Below are positions 49,139 to 59,171 of a stretch of 64,000 bases of DNA, piece by piece. Location of the stretch: NCBI GenBank assembly GCA_963790305.1, contig CAWBOC010000009.1, positions 96,001 through 160,000 of the forward strand, in the 5' to 3' direction. This DNA comes from an uncultured Gemmatimonadaceae bacterium. Its GTDB lineage: Bacteria; Gemmatimonadota; Gemmatimonadetes; Gemmatimonadales; Gemmatimonadaceae. The translations under genes were made by a program, and so were the position numbers. The notes beneath the pieces were generated by a model that worked only from the letters and a program-made list of their open reading frames with translations, was not told the DNA's origin and did no database searches. Numbering within the stretch: position 1 is the stretch's first letter; the number at the start of each line of letters is the position of its first letter.

Positions 49139-50432
49139 GGTCTTCAACGGCTTCTTCTTCGCCGCCGGAAACAGCACGTTGTTGAGGATCAGCCGATAGC
49201 CCGGCGAATTCGGATGGAGCGAAAGATCCGTCGGGGGATTGCCGATGCCGTGCTGCGGGTCCTCCGGATCGTGGCCACCGAGGTAGGTCCAGCTGCCCTT
49301 CCCGTAGTTGCCGTGGAGGTACTTCGCCCACGGCGCACCCTCCTCCTCGGCGAGGACGCTCACGCCCGGCTTCAGCACGCGTCGCATGAAGCTCGTGGTC
49401 ACTCCGTAGAAGTCCGGGATCACCGTGCGGTGGTTCTGCACGAGGATCGTCTCGACCGGATCGAATTTCGCGCTGAAGCTGAACAGCGTGAAGGTTCCGA
49501 GTGGCTGGCGGCGGCCGGGAACGTTCACCTGATGCCCGTCGATGTCGCTCTGCGCGTTGACGAATGGCGACTGCTCCAGATGGGCGTTCGCGAACGCGAA
49601 CGACCGCGCCCAGCGCATCTCTGGCGTCGGCGTTTCCATCGACCGGCGTGCCGTCGGCGAAGTTGCCGGCGATGTCGACGTCGAAGCCGGCCATCGCGAG
49701 CTCGAGCGTCTCCGTAGCACCGCACATCGCGAACAGGAATCCCCCGTTCTCGACGTACTGTCGCAGTCGCTCGCCGACCGCCTTCTTGAGCGCCGGCGGA
49801 TTCGGAAAGCCAAGCCGCTGCGCCAGGGCCTGCGCCGACTGCACCTGCTGGATGAACCAGGGCGCGCCCCGATAGGCAATGTGGAACTTGGAGAACTGCC
49901 CCGTGAAATCCTCGTGGTGCAGATGGAGCCAGTCGTACTTCGCGAGGTCCCCATGGACGACCTCTTCGTCGAACACCGTCGCGTACTCGATGCCGGCGTA
50001 CCGAAGCGCGAGCGTCACGGCATCGTCCCAGGGCGGAGCATCGGGAGGCGTGTAGATCGCCACACGCGGTGCCTTCTCGAGCGGAATGGCATCCATGTTC
50101 CCGCCCGCGATCTCGGCGCGAATTGCCCCCAGTCGCGAGGCGGAGATCGGCTCCACGGTGACCCCGTCGAGGCCCGCGCGGCGACGCACGTCGGCGGCGT
50201 CGGGCAGCAGAAACGATCCGCCCCGGTAGTTGAGAAACCACTCGGCGCGCAGGCCATCCTTGATCGCGTTGTACGTGAGGCCGTACGCCTTGAGATGATT
50301 GCGCTGCTCATCGTCCATGGGGACGAGGAGGAATTGCGCCGCCGCGCGAGCGGGCACGAGCGCGAGCAGCAGAATCCAGACAGCAGCGAACAGCCGCAGA
50401 CGCGGAGTGATCATGCTCAAAGATAACCTCAC
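49136..50432 (-). CDS. Secreted conserved protein of the family often mis-annotated 'asparagine synthetase B' (class I GATase-like), frameshift near 49620
   Basis: Signal peptide; LVPMD..QRNHLKAYG, WLHLHHEDFTGQ, GGFLFAMCGATET, GGHDPED, SPGYRLILNNVLFPAA. Confidence 0.75.
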
Positions 50433-52135
50433 GACGCCCGGGGAATCGCGCCGCGGGCGAGATCGAGCTCGCGTCGGGCCTGCGGCACGAGCGCGCTATT
50501 GGGGTAGGTGAGGATGAGGTGTTCGAGCCGTTCGACGGCGTCGCCGTGCTTGCCCGCGCGCCGAAGTGCGCGAGCCCATTCGAGGTTCGCCTCCGGTGCT
50601 TCGGGCGCCTCGGCATCCTTGGTTGCCAGCTCACTCCAGAGCAGGATGGCCCGCGCGTCGTCGCGCGTCGCCGCGTGCAGGCGCGCCGCCACAGCGAGCA
50701 GAAGCGTCCGCGCGTCCTCGACTGAGACCGCTGCTTCCTCGAATGCAACCGCGGCGCGAAGCGTGTCGCCGCGCGCGAGCGTGAGGAATGCATTGCCCGT
50801 CGCGGCCGACGTGTCCGCTTTCGTCCGTGCGAGGAGCGCCATCGCCGTGACGAGCTCCGGTGTCGCGCGCCCGCGCACGCGCAGGGTGCGCCGTGCGGCG
50901 GCGAGGTCACCAGAGTAGAGCGACAACCACCCGCCGACCTCGCTGGCCTCCGCCGTTGCGTCATTGCCGAGCAGTGCGCGCGCCCGCGTGACGTCTCCCG
51001 CCCGTACCCACGCCCACGCGACGATCGCACGTTGGCGCCGCTGAAGCTCCGGACTCGCATGGGAGACATATGCATTGAGCGTGCGCTGCGCCTCGGCCGC
51101 GCGTCCCAGCGCCGCCAGCGCCTCGAGCCGCATGGGCAGGGTCACCACCGCCGCTTCTGCCGAGTCGAGCCCTCGCTCTGCCTGCCTGACGAGCTCGAGC
51201 GCGGCTTCCGGATCGTCGGCGTGGAGCGCGGCACGAGCGCCGCGCAAGGCGAGATCCGCCGTCGGCCGCTCGCGAAGCAGTGCCTCGAGCGCGGCGCGTA
51301 CGACGGTCCATGCCTCCGCCTCCTCCGCACGGCGAGCGAACTCGCTCCATGCCGAGAAGGTCGCCGTATCGCGAGGGAGATCGCGGAGGACGCGCCAGGC
51401 ATCCTGCGGCGATCCCCAGTGCAGCTCCAGCGCCGCGAGCACCCGCCGCGCGGCGACGTTGCGTCCGGCCGCCAACAGATCGCGTCGCACTGCCGGCCGC
51501 ATCTCCTGCGGCGTCGCGACGAGAGAGAGAATCGCGGCCTGCTCGAGATAGGGCGCGCGCTCGAGCGCTTCGTACCAGGAGGTCGCGCTGAGCGCCCACT
51601 CACCCATCGCCGCGCGAAGTTGCGCTTGCTCGAGCTCGAGCCCGCGCCCGGTGCCAAGGCGCGTTCTCGCACGCTGAAGTACCGAGTCGGCTGTGCGCAG
51701 CTGACCATCCTGCAGCAGGAGACGGGCGTACTCCCGATATGGTCCCGGGTCGCCGGGCATGTCGCGTGTCCATCGCTCGAACGCCTGATGGACACGATCG
51801 ATGAGGCCGAGGGAGCGGAGCGTGCGAATTTGCGCGGCGCGCAACGCCGGCTCGCGAGGCGCGGCCGCGATCGAGCGCTCGAGAACGGGCAACAGCGAGT
51901 CCGTCCAGCCGAGCTGGGCGTACACACGCTCGAGCCCGAGGAACGCCATGATCGAGCCCGGCGTCTGGCTCAGCGCCTCTCGATAGGCAGCAGCGGCCTC
52001 ACGATACTTCTCATCCTGCTCGAGGAGCAGACCGCGCTGCTCCGCGCTACTGACTTGCTGCGCGGCGGCATGCGCAACGGCGAGGAGCAACAGCGAGCAC
52101 GCGAGCGGGAGGCTACGGACGCTCCGACTCCGCAT
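50429..52135 (-). CDS. Secreted tetratricopeptide-repeat protein
   Basis: Signal peptide; TPR helices; C-terminal LEHLILTYPNSALVPQARR (BamD/CpoB-like). Confidence 0.8.
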   Translation of the reverse strand: MRSRSVRSLPLACSLLLLAVAHAAAQQVSSAEQRGLLLEQDEKYREAAAAYREALSQTPGSIMAFLGLERVYAQLGWTDSLLPVLERSIAAAPREPALRAAQIRTLRSLGLIDRVHQAFERWTRDMPGDPGPYREYARLLLQDGQLRTADSVLQRARTRLGTGRGLELEQAQLRAAMGEWALSATSWYEALERAPYLEQAAILSLVATPQEMRPAVRRDLLAAGRNVAARRVLAALELHWGSPQDAWRVLRDLPRDTATFSAWSEFARRAEEAEAWTVVRAALEALLRERPTADLALRGARAALHADDPEAALELVRQAERGLDSAEAAVVTLPMRLEALAALGRAAEAQRTLNAYVSHASPELQRRQRAIVAWAWVRAGDVTRARALLGNDATAEASEVGGWLSLYSGDLAAARRTLRVRGRATPELVTAMALLARTKADTSAATGNAFLTLARGDTLRAAVAFEEAAVSVEDARTLLLAVAARLHAATRDDARAILLWSELATKDAEAPEAPEANLEWARALRRAGKHGDAVERLEHLILTYPNSALVPQARRELDLARGAIPRAS

Positions 52136-55100
52136 TGATCCGCTTGAAGTATTCGAGGACGGCACGCCGCTCCTCGGCGGTGAGGCCGCGGAGCTCGCTC
52201 CAGGTGGGCTCGCGATAACGGGCCGTCGGACGCGACCGAATATCGGCGGGAGGGGTGAACGTCCCCTCGGCGCCCGTCGCCGAGCGCGACTCGCGATCAC
52301 CGCGGTCATCGCGCTCCTCCTTCTCCAGCGTCAGACCCGCGTCGAGCAACCGGCGGAAGAGTCGCTGTTGCCGCTCCACCAGCGTGGGGTCGACGCGACC
52401 CGCGTCGAGCGCTTCCGCGATCTGTCGCATTTCACGGGCGAGCTCGGACGCGCGGCCGGAGCTGCTGTTCTTGCCTGCGTCATCGAGGCGATCGGCAAGG
52501 TTGCGCTGCTGTTCGGCGATCCCGCGCGCCTGCGCCTGACCCTGCGCGTTCATTCTTTGTCCGGGAATGGGCAGCAGTCCCTGCGCCTGCGCGTTGAGCG
52601 AGCCCTGCTGCTTGGCCATCTCGCGCATGCGCTCGAGCATCTCGGCAAAGCCTGAAGCGCTCTGCGACTGACCCACCTGCTCGCGATCCTTCACCAGCGC
52701 CGCCGCTGCGCGATTGAGCGCCTGCGCCGCTTCCTGCATCGCCGGCGCGGCGTCGCTGCCGCCTCGCTGCGATTCCGCGGTACGCTCGGTCGCCTGCTGC
52801 ACACGACGCCTCGCTTCGGCGAGAGCGCCCTGCGATTGCGGGGAGACGTGTGTCGATTTTTGCCCTGCCTTCTCGATCTTCTCGCCGACCCGCTCGACGC
52901 CTTGCTGCAGCGCACCCTGCTCGGCGCGCAGCGAGCCCTGCTCGGCACCCTCACGGGCCTTCTGGGCAAGAGCATCCTGCTCGCGCGCCATCTGAATCAT
53001 TTCCTGAATCGCGCGATCGAGCTCGCCCGTCAGCTCGTTCTTCCATTCCTGGATCTGTCCCTCGCGCGCCTCCGAAAGCTGCTGCGCCGCCTGTTCCATG
53101 TGCTCAGCCGCCTCTCGTGCGCCCGCGGCGCCCTTTTGCGCGCCGTCCTGGCGCTGCTGCGATTGCTGGCCCTGCGCGCCAGCCTGCTGACGGGCGGCAT
53201 CGCGCATTGCCTCCGCGGACTTGCGTGCCTCATCCGCGGCCTGCTCGAGCTTCGGCGGTCCCGCTTCGGCGCGCTCGTCCTCGAGCTTGCGCGCCAGCTG
53301 CTCCACCGCCTCGGCAAGCTTCTTCGACCGATCGCTGAGCTGCTTTCCTTGCTGCCCGGATTCCTTTCCGCGCGCCATCGAATCGGCGGTCGCCCGCTGC
53401 TGCTGCGCGAGGTCTCGCGCCTCGTCGCGAAGCGTCTGCATCGAGCCCTCGAGGGCAGCGCGCTTCAACATCTCGGCGCTCCGCTCGAGCTGCTTGCGGA
53501 GGCGCTCCTGCTGCTCCTTGAGATTCTCCAGCGCGCGACGCGTGTCGTCCGGCGAAAGCTTCTGCGCTGCGCGCGACAGCTCCTCGAGCTGGGCCGCGAG
53601 CTCGGGGGTGAGCGCGTCCTTCAGCAGCTCCTGCGCTTCGCGCAGCTGCCGGGTGAGCGACGTGTCGAGCGCTCCCGCCTCGCGCAGCTGCTTCTCCAGC
53701 GCCCGCGCGTCTTCACGGAGCTTCTCGACCTGCTCGGTGAGCTCTCGCTGCTCCTTCGCCAGCGCCTCCGCCTGCTCCGCAGCTTCGTACTCCATTCCCC
53801 GCTGCTGCTGCGAGTTGTCCCGGTCGCGCGAGCCGGCGGGACGCTGGTCGCGACGGCCCCGTGCGCGCGCCGCGTCCTCCGTACGCCGCTCGAGCTGACG
53901 CTGCGACTTGGCCGCGGCGGCAGCCCGCGACGCCGTGGAGTCGGCGAGCGCCCGCGCCATCTCTCGCCGCTCGGCAAGAGTCGGAACGCGCAGAACGAGC
54001 TCGCGGCTCTCGGCGCGCTGACGCCACGGCGAATCGTCGGTGGCCACCAGCACGACATGCAGCTCGTCGCCCGCCTCGAGCCCGCGTGGCGCGAGATCAA
54101 GGGGAACGGTGCCTAACCAGCGCGGCTCGGCGGGCGCCGTCATCGCCTGCGCTACCTCGGGCAGCGTCTGCCCCGATGCCTGTCGACGCCAGCTGCGCAG
54201 CACGATCGATCCAATGCCATGATCGTCGCTTGCCTCGGCCCGCAGCTCGATGCGATCGCCCGCGGCCACGATCGTGTCGGTGCGCGGAGCGAGGATCTCG
54301 ACGCGCGGGCTCGAGTCGGCCAGCACCGTCAGCTCGAGCGCGGCGGGCACATCGGCGATCGCACCCTGCGCACCCGACGCCCGCCACGTCCAGCGCCCGC
54401 TCTCCTGCGCCGAGAATCTCCCCGCGAAGGCGTGGCCGTCGGGGGTGAGGTGAATAGTGTCACCCTCCCGCGCGAGCGATACGCTTCGCAGCGCCGTGGA
54501 GGCGCGGCCACGCACCTGCAACGACGTTCCGCGCGGAACACGGAGGGGCTCCCCCACGGCGAGGACCTCGGGCGCGCGACGCAGATAGGCCGGATAGGTG
54601 GCGTTGATTGCGACGTCGCCGACGAAGGGGCGATCGGTGACCTGGATGAGGACGGTGTCGCTCGTCGCTCGACCGTCGGTCGCGATGAGCTTGAGATCCG
54701 CGTCGACGGGACCCAGTACGACCGTTGCCGTGCCCTGCTCCACCGGCAAGCTCTGCTCGTTCCACGGGCGACCGGTCGCGCGCGTGTGCAGCTGCACGGT
54801 ACGCCGCTCGGGCGCCGCAACGTTGAGCCGGACGTCCTCACCGCGGAGCACGTGCGTAGGCGGATCGAGGATCACGAGCGGAGGGAGCAGGTCGCCACTC
54901 CACGCCTTGACGGGGTGACGCATCGCACGCCAGCCATCGGGCGCGACGTCGCGGGCGACGGCAACCGTCGCGAGCGACCCGACGGCGACCAGCGCCGAGA
55001 GAACGCTCCAGCGCGTTGCGCGTCCCTGCATCGCGGGCGCCAGTGGCCGTCGTACCCGACCCAGCTCCGATGCCATGCGCTTCGCGGCGAGGTGTCCGAG

Positions 55101-55430
55101 GGGGCCTGACGAGTCGACCTCGAGCGCACCGCGCAGCGAGCCCGCCCGCATCGTGCGCTCCCGCTCGATTGCCGCGGCGATGGCCGACGCCGATGCGCGC
55201 CGGCGTCCTGCGCGCCACGACAGCACGATGAGGACGGCCAACACCACTCCCACCAGGGTCCATGCGCCCAGTGGCGCCGAGGGCCGGGTGATCCACCGCG
55301 CGCCGCCGAGGGCAAAGATGCTTGCCGCCAGCAGGGCGAGTCCGATCGCGAGCGCAATGGCGACGCCGCGCGTCACGAGCGCGATGCGCAAGCGTGAGCG
55401 CTCGCGGGCGATGATCTGGCCGACGGTCAC
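52113..55430 (-). CDS. DUF4175-like large membrane protein with long coiled coil
   Basis: N-terminal TMs, YPAYL, ASDDHGI, Q/E/A-rich coiled coil, C-terminal LEYFKRI. Confidence 0.75.
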   Translation of the reverse strand: MTVGQIIARERSRLRIALVTRGVAIALAIGLALLAASIFALGGARWITRPSAPLGAWTLVGVVLAVLIVLSWRAGRRRASASAIAAAIERERTMRAGSLRGALEVDSSGPLGHLAAKRMASELGRVRRPLAPAMQGRATRWSVLSALVAVGSLATVAVARDVAPDGWRAMRHPVKAWSGDLLPPLVILDPPTHVLRGEDVRLNVAAPERRTVQLHTRATGRPWNEQSLPVEQGTATVVLGPVDADLKLIATDGRATSDTVLIQVTDRPFVGDVAINATYPAYLRRAPEVLAVGEPLRVPRGTSLQVRGRASTALRSVSLAREGDTIHLTPDGHAFAGRFSAQESGRWTWRASGAQGAIADVPAALELTVLADSSPRVEILAPRTDTIVAAGDRIELRAEASDDHGIGSIVLRSWRRQASGQTLPEVAQAMTAPAEPRWLGTVPLDLAPRGLEAGDELHVVLVATDDSPWRQRAESRELVLRVPTLAERREMARALADSTASRAAAAAKSQRQLERRTEDAARARGRRDQRPAGSRDRDNSQQQRGMEYEAAEQAEALAKEQRELTEQVEKLREDARALEKQLREAGALDTSLTRQLREAQELLKDALTPELAAQLEELSRAAQKLSPDDTRRALENLKEQQERLRKQLERSAEMLKRAALEGSMQTLRDEARDLAQQQRATADSMARGKESGQQGKQLSDRSKKLAEAVEQLARKLEDERAEAGPPKLEQAADEARKSAEAMRDAARQQAGAQGQQSQQRQDGAQKGAAGAREAAEHMEQAAQQLSEAREGQIQEWKNELTGELDRAIQEMIQMAREQDALAQKAREGAEQGSLRAEQGALQQGVERVGEKIEKAGQKSTHVSPQSQGALAEARRRVQQATERTAESQRGGSDAAPAMQEAAQALNRAAAALVKDREQVGQSQSASGFAEMLERMREMAKQQGSLNAQAQGLLPIPGQRMNAQGQAQARGIAEQQRNLADRLDDAGKNSSSGRASELAREMRQIAEALDAGRVDPTLVERQQRLFRRLLDAGLTLEKEERDDRGDRESRSATGAEGTFTPPADIRSRPTARYREPTWSELRGLTAEERRAVLEYFKRINAESERP

Positions 55431-56095
55431 GAGACCGGCCTGCTGGTGATCGCGTACACGAAGAGGTTCACCCCCATCCGCAGCGCGGCTTCGTGCAGCT
55501 CGGGTGGGTCCTTGTGCACGTCGGGATCCTCCCAGCCATCGCCAAGGTCCGCTTCGTAATCGTAGAACACGGCCAGGCGATCGCCGAGAAAGATACCAAG
55601 CCCTCGTGGAGGCTTCCCGTCATGCTCGTGAATCTTTGGTAAACCTTTCGGGAACTCGTACACGAGGTTGTAGATCGGATGCTTCAGCGGCACATCCACG
55701 AGCGGCCGCTCGGGGAAAACACGAGCGATCTCTCGCCGGAAGCTGGAGTCGAGTCCGTAGTTGTCGCTGACGTGCAGGAACCCGCCGCGCAGGAGGTACT
55801 CACGCAAGCGCTCCACCTCACCGTCGCTCAGCTTGATGTTCCCGTGTCCGGTGATGTGGAGGAACGGGTAGTCCCACAGCCGATCGTCGAGCAGGGTCAC
55901 GCGCGCCTCGCGCTGTTCCACCGGCAACGTCGTCCGCTCGGCAATCGCCCGCAGCAGATTGGGGATGCTGGACGGATTGGCGTACCAGTCACCCCCGCCA
56001 TCGTATTGCACGCGCGCGACGGTCAGTCGCGTGGGCGCCGCGCCGAAGGTGATCGTCGCGAGAGCAAGGACGGCGAGCGTGCGGGCGAAGGTCAT
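55427..56095 (-). CDS. DUF4159 domain protein
   Basis: YDGGGDWYANP, YPFLHITGHG, LREYLLRGGFL, DLGDGWED, MGVNLFVYA. Confidence 0.85.
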   Translation of the reverse strand: MTFARTLAVLALATITFGAAPTRLTVARVQYDGGGDWYANPSSIPNLLRAIAERTTLPVEQREARVTLLDDRLWDYPFLHITGHGNIKLSDGEVERLREYLLRGGFLHVSDNYGLDSSFRREIARVFPERPLVDVPLKHPIYNLVYEFPKGLPKIHEHDGKPPRGLGIFLGDRLAVFYDYEADLGDGWEDPDVHKDPPELHEAALRMGVNLFVYAITSRPVS

Positions 56096-56922
56096 TCGTG
56101 AGCGATACGGTAGGCGAGGTTGCGTGGAGCGTGATGGTCTTCAACCAGTAGACGAACGATGTCGCGAGTCGATGCGCCCCCGGCGCGAAGCCGCTGAGCC
56201 TGTTCGCGGAGGGCGCCCTCGTCGAGGGGGGCCGAGGCGACTCCACCCAGCACGATGACGACTTCGCCCTTGGGGGCGCTTTCCCCATAGTACTCGGCGA
56301 GCTCGTCAACCGTTCCGCGGCGGAACTCCTCGAATTGCTTGGTCATCTCCCGTGCCACCACGACCTCGCGACCGCCGCCACCGCGTGTGGCGATGTCCCG
56401 CAGCGTGTCCGCCACCCGATTAGCCGCCTCATAGAGCACCGCAGTGTGGGGAAGCCCCATGAGGGAACCCAGCGCCTCCACACGTTCCTTGCCCTTCCGG
56501 GGCAGGAAGCCGAAGAAGGTGAAGCGCTCGGCATCGAGCCCCGAGCCTGCCAGCGCCGCGAGCAGCGCCGACGCCCCCGGTATCGGGCTTACAGACACCC
56601 CGGCGTCGATGGCGGCGCGGACGAGGCGGGCGCCAGGGTCCGACAGGAGCGGAGTGCCGGCATCGCTGATCAGAGCGAACGACTGCCCCTCGAGCAGGCG
56701 CGCAACGATCCGCGGTGTCTGGCGCGCCTCGTTATGCTCGTGATAGGCCTCCACCGGCGTCGTGATGCCGTGATGCGTGAGGAGATGCCGCGAATGGCGG
56801 GTATCCTCGGCCAGAATGGTGCTCACCCCGCGCAGTGTCTCGATCGCGCGCAGGCTAATGTCGCCGAGGTTGCCGATGGGCGTGCTGACGAGATGGAGCC
56901 GCCCGGGCTGTGGGAAATTCAC
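56092..56922 (-). CDS. rsmI: 16S rRNA (cytidine1402-2'-O)-methyltransferase
   Basis: TPIGNLGDIS.RA, AEDTR, SDAGTPLLSDPG, REMTKQFEE. Confidence 0.95.
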   Translation of the reverse strand: MNFPQPGRLHLVSTPIGNLGDISLRAIETLRGVSTILAEDTRHSRHLLTHHGITTPVEAYHEHNEARQTPRIVARLLEGQSFALISDAGTPLLSDPGARLVRAAIDAGVSVSPIPGASALLAALAGSGLDAERFTFFGFLPRKGKERVEALGSLMGLPHTAVLYEAANRVADTLRDIATRGGGGREVVVAREMTKQFEEFRRGTVDELAEYYGESAPKGEVVIVLGGVASAPLDEGALREQAQRLRAGGASTRDIVRLLVEDHHAPRNLAYRIAHE

Positions 56923-56934
56923 GGTCTCGAAAGT

Positions 56935-57020
56935 AAGGCGCTGAGAGCGCTAGGGGCGCCAAGGGCGCTAAGGGCATAGCGGTTCAGCGCCCCTAGCGCC
57001 CTTAGCGCCCCTAGCGCCCT
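56935..57020. repeat. Palindromic tandem-repeat element, 9-bp AGGGCGCTA units
   Basis: AAGGCGCTG AGAGCGCTA GGGGCGCCA AGGGCGCTA / CAGCGCCCC TAGCGCCCT TAGCGCCCC TAGCGCCCT; same family as 33311. Confidence 0.9.
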
Positions 57021-57025
57021 GCCGC

Positions 57026-57349
57026 TTACGCGTGCTCGGCGAACTTCCGCTCGAGGTGCGACTTGGGTACCGCGCCGACGACCGTATCCACGTGCTTTCC
57101 GTCCTTGAAGAACAGGATGCTCGGGATCGACCGGACGTTGAAACGCATCGCGGTCTGCTGATTGGTGTCGACGTCGACCTTTGCGACCTTGGCCTTGCCA
57201 TTGTATTCAGACGCAAGCTGATCGAGAATCGGCGCGATCATGCGACACGGGCCACACCACGTCGCCCAGAAATCCACGACCGCCAGTCCCTTGTGCTCCT
57301 CGATCTCGACTCCGAACGTCGCGTCCGTCACCGCCATTGAGTTCGACAT
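57026..57349 (-). CDS. trxA: Thioredoxin
   Basis: VDFWATWCGPCRMIAP; RBS GGAGGAAGG. Confidence 0.96.
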   Translation of the reverse strand: MSNSMAVTDATFGVEIEEHKGLAVVDFWATWCGPCRMIAPILDQLASEYNGKAKVAKVDVDTNQQTAMRFNVRSIPSILFFKDGKHVDTVVGAVPKSHLERKFAEHA

Positions 57350-57360
57350 CCCCTTCCTCC

Positions 57361-57395
57361 AAAAAAAAAGCGGGGTTCCACGGGGTGCCCCCGCT
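57361..57395 (-). terminator. Intrinsic-terminator-like hairpin immediately 5' of the trxA RBS
   Basis: Minus strand AGCGGGG...CCCCGCT followed by a 9-T run, then GGAGG. Confidence 0.6.
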
Positions 57396-57439
57396 GGCCA
57401 GATTTGTTCGTCGTTCTCGCACCGGAGCGCGAGTCCCAC

Positions 57440-57850
57440 ATGAAAGATAATCACCGCCGCGGCGTCCGCATCGCGCACATTGGCATTGCCGTGCGCGCAC
57501 TCGACGAATCCCTGCCGTTCTACCGCGACGTCCTGGGGCTGCCTGAGGTCCCTCTCGATGACTCCGACGGTGCCACGATTGTCGGTCTCGCGACCGGGGA
57601 CTCGCTCGTCGAGCTGCTGGAAGCTACTTCCCCCGACTCACCGGTGGGACGTTTCGTCGACCGGCGCGGCCCGGGAATCCATCACATCTGCTTCGTGGTC
57701 GACGATCTGGATGCGACGCTCGAGCGTTGCCGTTCAGCCGGCATTCGTCTCATCGACGACGTGCCGCGGCCTGGCGCGGAGGGCAAGCGAATCGCGTTTC
57801 TTCACCCCTCGTCGACGAGCGGAGTGCTCGTCGAGCTCACCGAGGATTAA
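57440..57850 (+). CDS. mce: Methylmalonyl-CoA epimerase (VOC family)
   Basis: IAHIGIAV, VELLE, GPGIHHICF.VDD, AFLHP..TSGVLVEL. Confidence 0.9.
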   Translation: MKDNHRRGVRIAHIGIAVRALDESLPFYRDVLGLPEVPLDDSDGATIVGLATGDSLVELLEATSPDSPVGRFVDRRGPGIHHICFVVDDLDATLERCRSAGIRLIDDVPRPGAEGKRIAFLHPSSTSGVLVELTED

Positions 57851-57881
57851 CGCCCGGTGAACTACCGAGGGTTCCAGCGCG

Positions 57882-58316
57882 TTACCCCGTCGGCATGTTG
57901 CGACAGAGATCCTTCACCGGCTCGAGGTCGGCGCTCTCGACGTACCACCGCTCCGAGGGCCCTTGCGTTGCGGTGAAGTTGGTCGCGCGAGTGATGGGGC
58001 CGCGCGTAAGCTCTACTCGGAAGACCCGCTTCCCCGCCTGTCCGGGTCCTTCGTTGAGAATCCGGAAGCGCTCGTGAGCGAGCATGCACTGCATGACGAG
58101 CTCGCGCTTCTCGAGCTCCCGCCGTTCGATGAGATCGCGCGCCGGACCCTTCTCGGACCCCCAGATGACCGACATGGCCTGGAGATCCTGTGCACGGACC
58201 GCGGCGAGAAACTGCTCGACCGCGGTGCGAGGCGCGGGCGCGCCGGTGAGTGGCCCAGTGGTCTTTGGGCCGCACGCGGCGAGTACCAGAACGAACGCGA
58301 TGATCGAGCGCTTCAC
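57882..58316 (-). CDS. Lipoprotein of unknown function (NTF2-like)
   Basis: MKR..LAAC lipobox; PRTAVEQFLAAV..D pattern. Confidence 0.7.
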   Translation of the reverse strand: MKRSIIAFVLVLAACGPKTTGPLTGAPAPRTAVEQFLAAVRAQDLQAMSVIWGSEKGPARDLIERRELEKRELVMQCMLAHERFRILNEGPGQAGKRVFRVELTRGPITRATNFTATQGPSERWYVESADLEPVKDLCRNMPTG

Positions 58317-58365
58317 AGGGCTGTCTCCGGCGTGCTTGTGAGCGAGAACCTACTGGGGGGCTGAC

Positions 58366-59106
58366 ATGCGAGCAACCCACCTACGACTGTACATCAACGT
58401 CGACCACGTCGCGACGCTGCGACAAGCGCGACGCACCGATGAGCCAGATCCCGTGATCGCGGCGGAGCTGTGCGAGCGCGCTGGCGCCGACGGCATCACC
58501 GCGCACCTGCGCGAGGATCGGCGACACATCCAGGATGACGACGTACGGCGGCTCGCCGCCACAGTCCGGACCGTGCTCAATCTCGAGATGGCGCTCACCG
58601 AGGAGATGCTCGGCATCGCGCTGTCGTTGCAACCCTACCAGGTGACGTTCGTTCCGGAGCGGCGCGAGGAGATCACGACCGAGGGCGGCCTCGACGTCGG
58701 TCGCGATCCGAGGGCGCTCCGGGATGGCATCACCCGCCTGAAACGTGCGGGCATCCGTAGCAGTCTGTTCATCGCCCCCGACCCCGAGGCGGTGGCTCGG
58801 TCACGCGAGCTCGGGGCAGATGCGATCGAGCTGCACACGGGTCGGTACGCGCACGCGTCGCATGAGACACGAACGATCGACGCGTTGCGGCAAGCTGCAC
58901 AACTGGGAGCTGAAGCGGGCCTGGCCGTTCATGCGGGACACGGGCTGACTGTGCGGAACGTCGGCCTGGTGGCGGCGGTGCCGGAGATCGAAGAGCTGAA
59001 CATCGGTCACTCGATCGTCAGCCGCGCAGTGTTCGTCGGCATCGAGAAAGCGGTGCAGGAAATGCGAGAAGTCATGCGCTCGGCAAGGCAGGCGTCAGAT
59101 CGTTAG
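58366..59106 (+). CDS. pdxJ: Pyridoxine 5'-phosphate synthase
   Basis: [48 protein letters not shown]. Confidence 0.97.
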   Translation: MRATHLRLYINVDHVATLRQARRTDEPDPVIAAELCERAGADGITAHLREDRRHIQDDDVRRLAATVRTVLNLEMALTEEMLGIALSLQPYQVTFVPERREEITTEGGLDVGRDPRALRDGITRLKRAGIRSSLFIAPDPEAVARSRELGADAIELHTGRYAHASHETRTIDALRQAAQLGAEAGLAVHAGHGLTVRNVGLVAAVPEIEELNIGHSIVSRAVFVGIEKAVQEMREVMRSARQASDR

Positions 59107-59171
59107 AACTCCAGCGCTCCGGCTCCGGATGGTCAGAAGTATGTTGAGATCTTCGAACCCATGAGAGGAAC

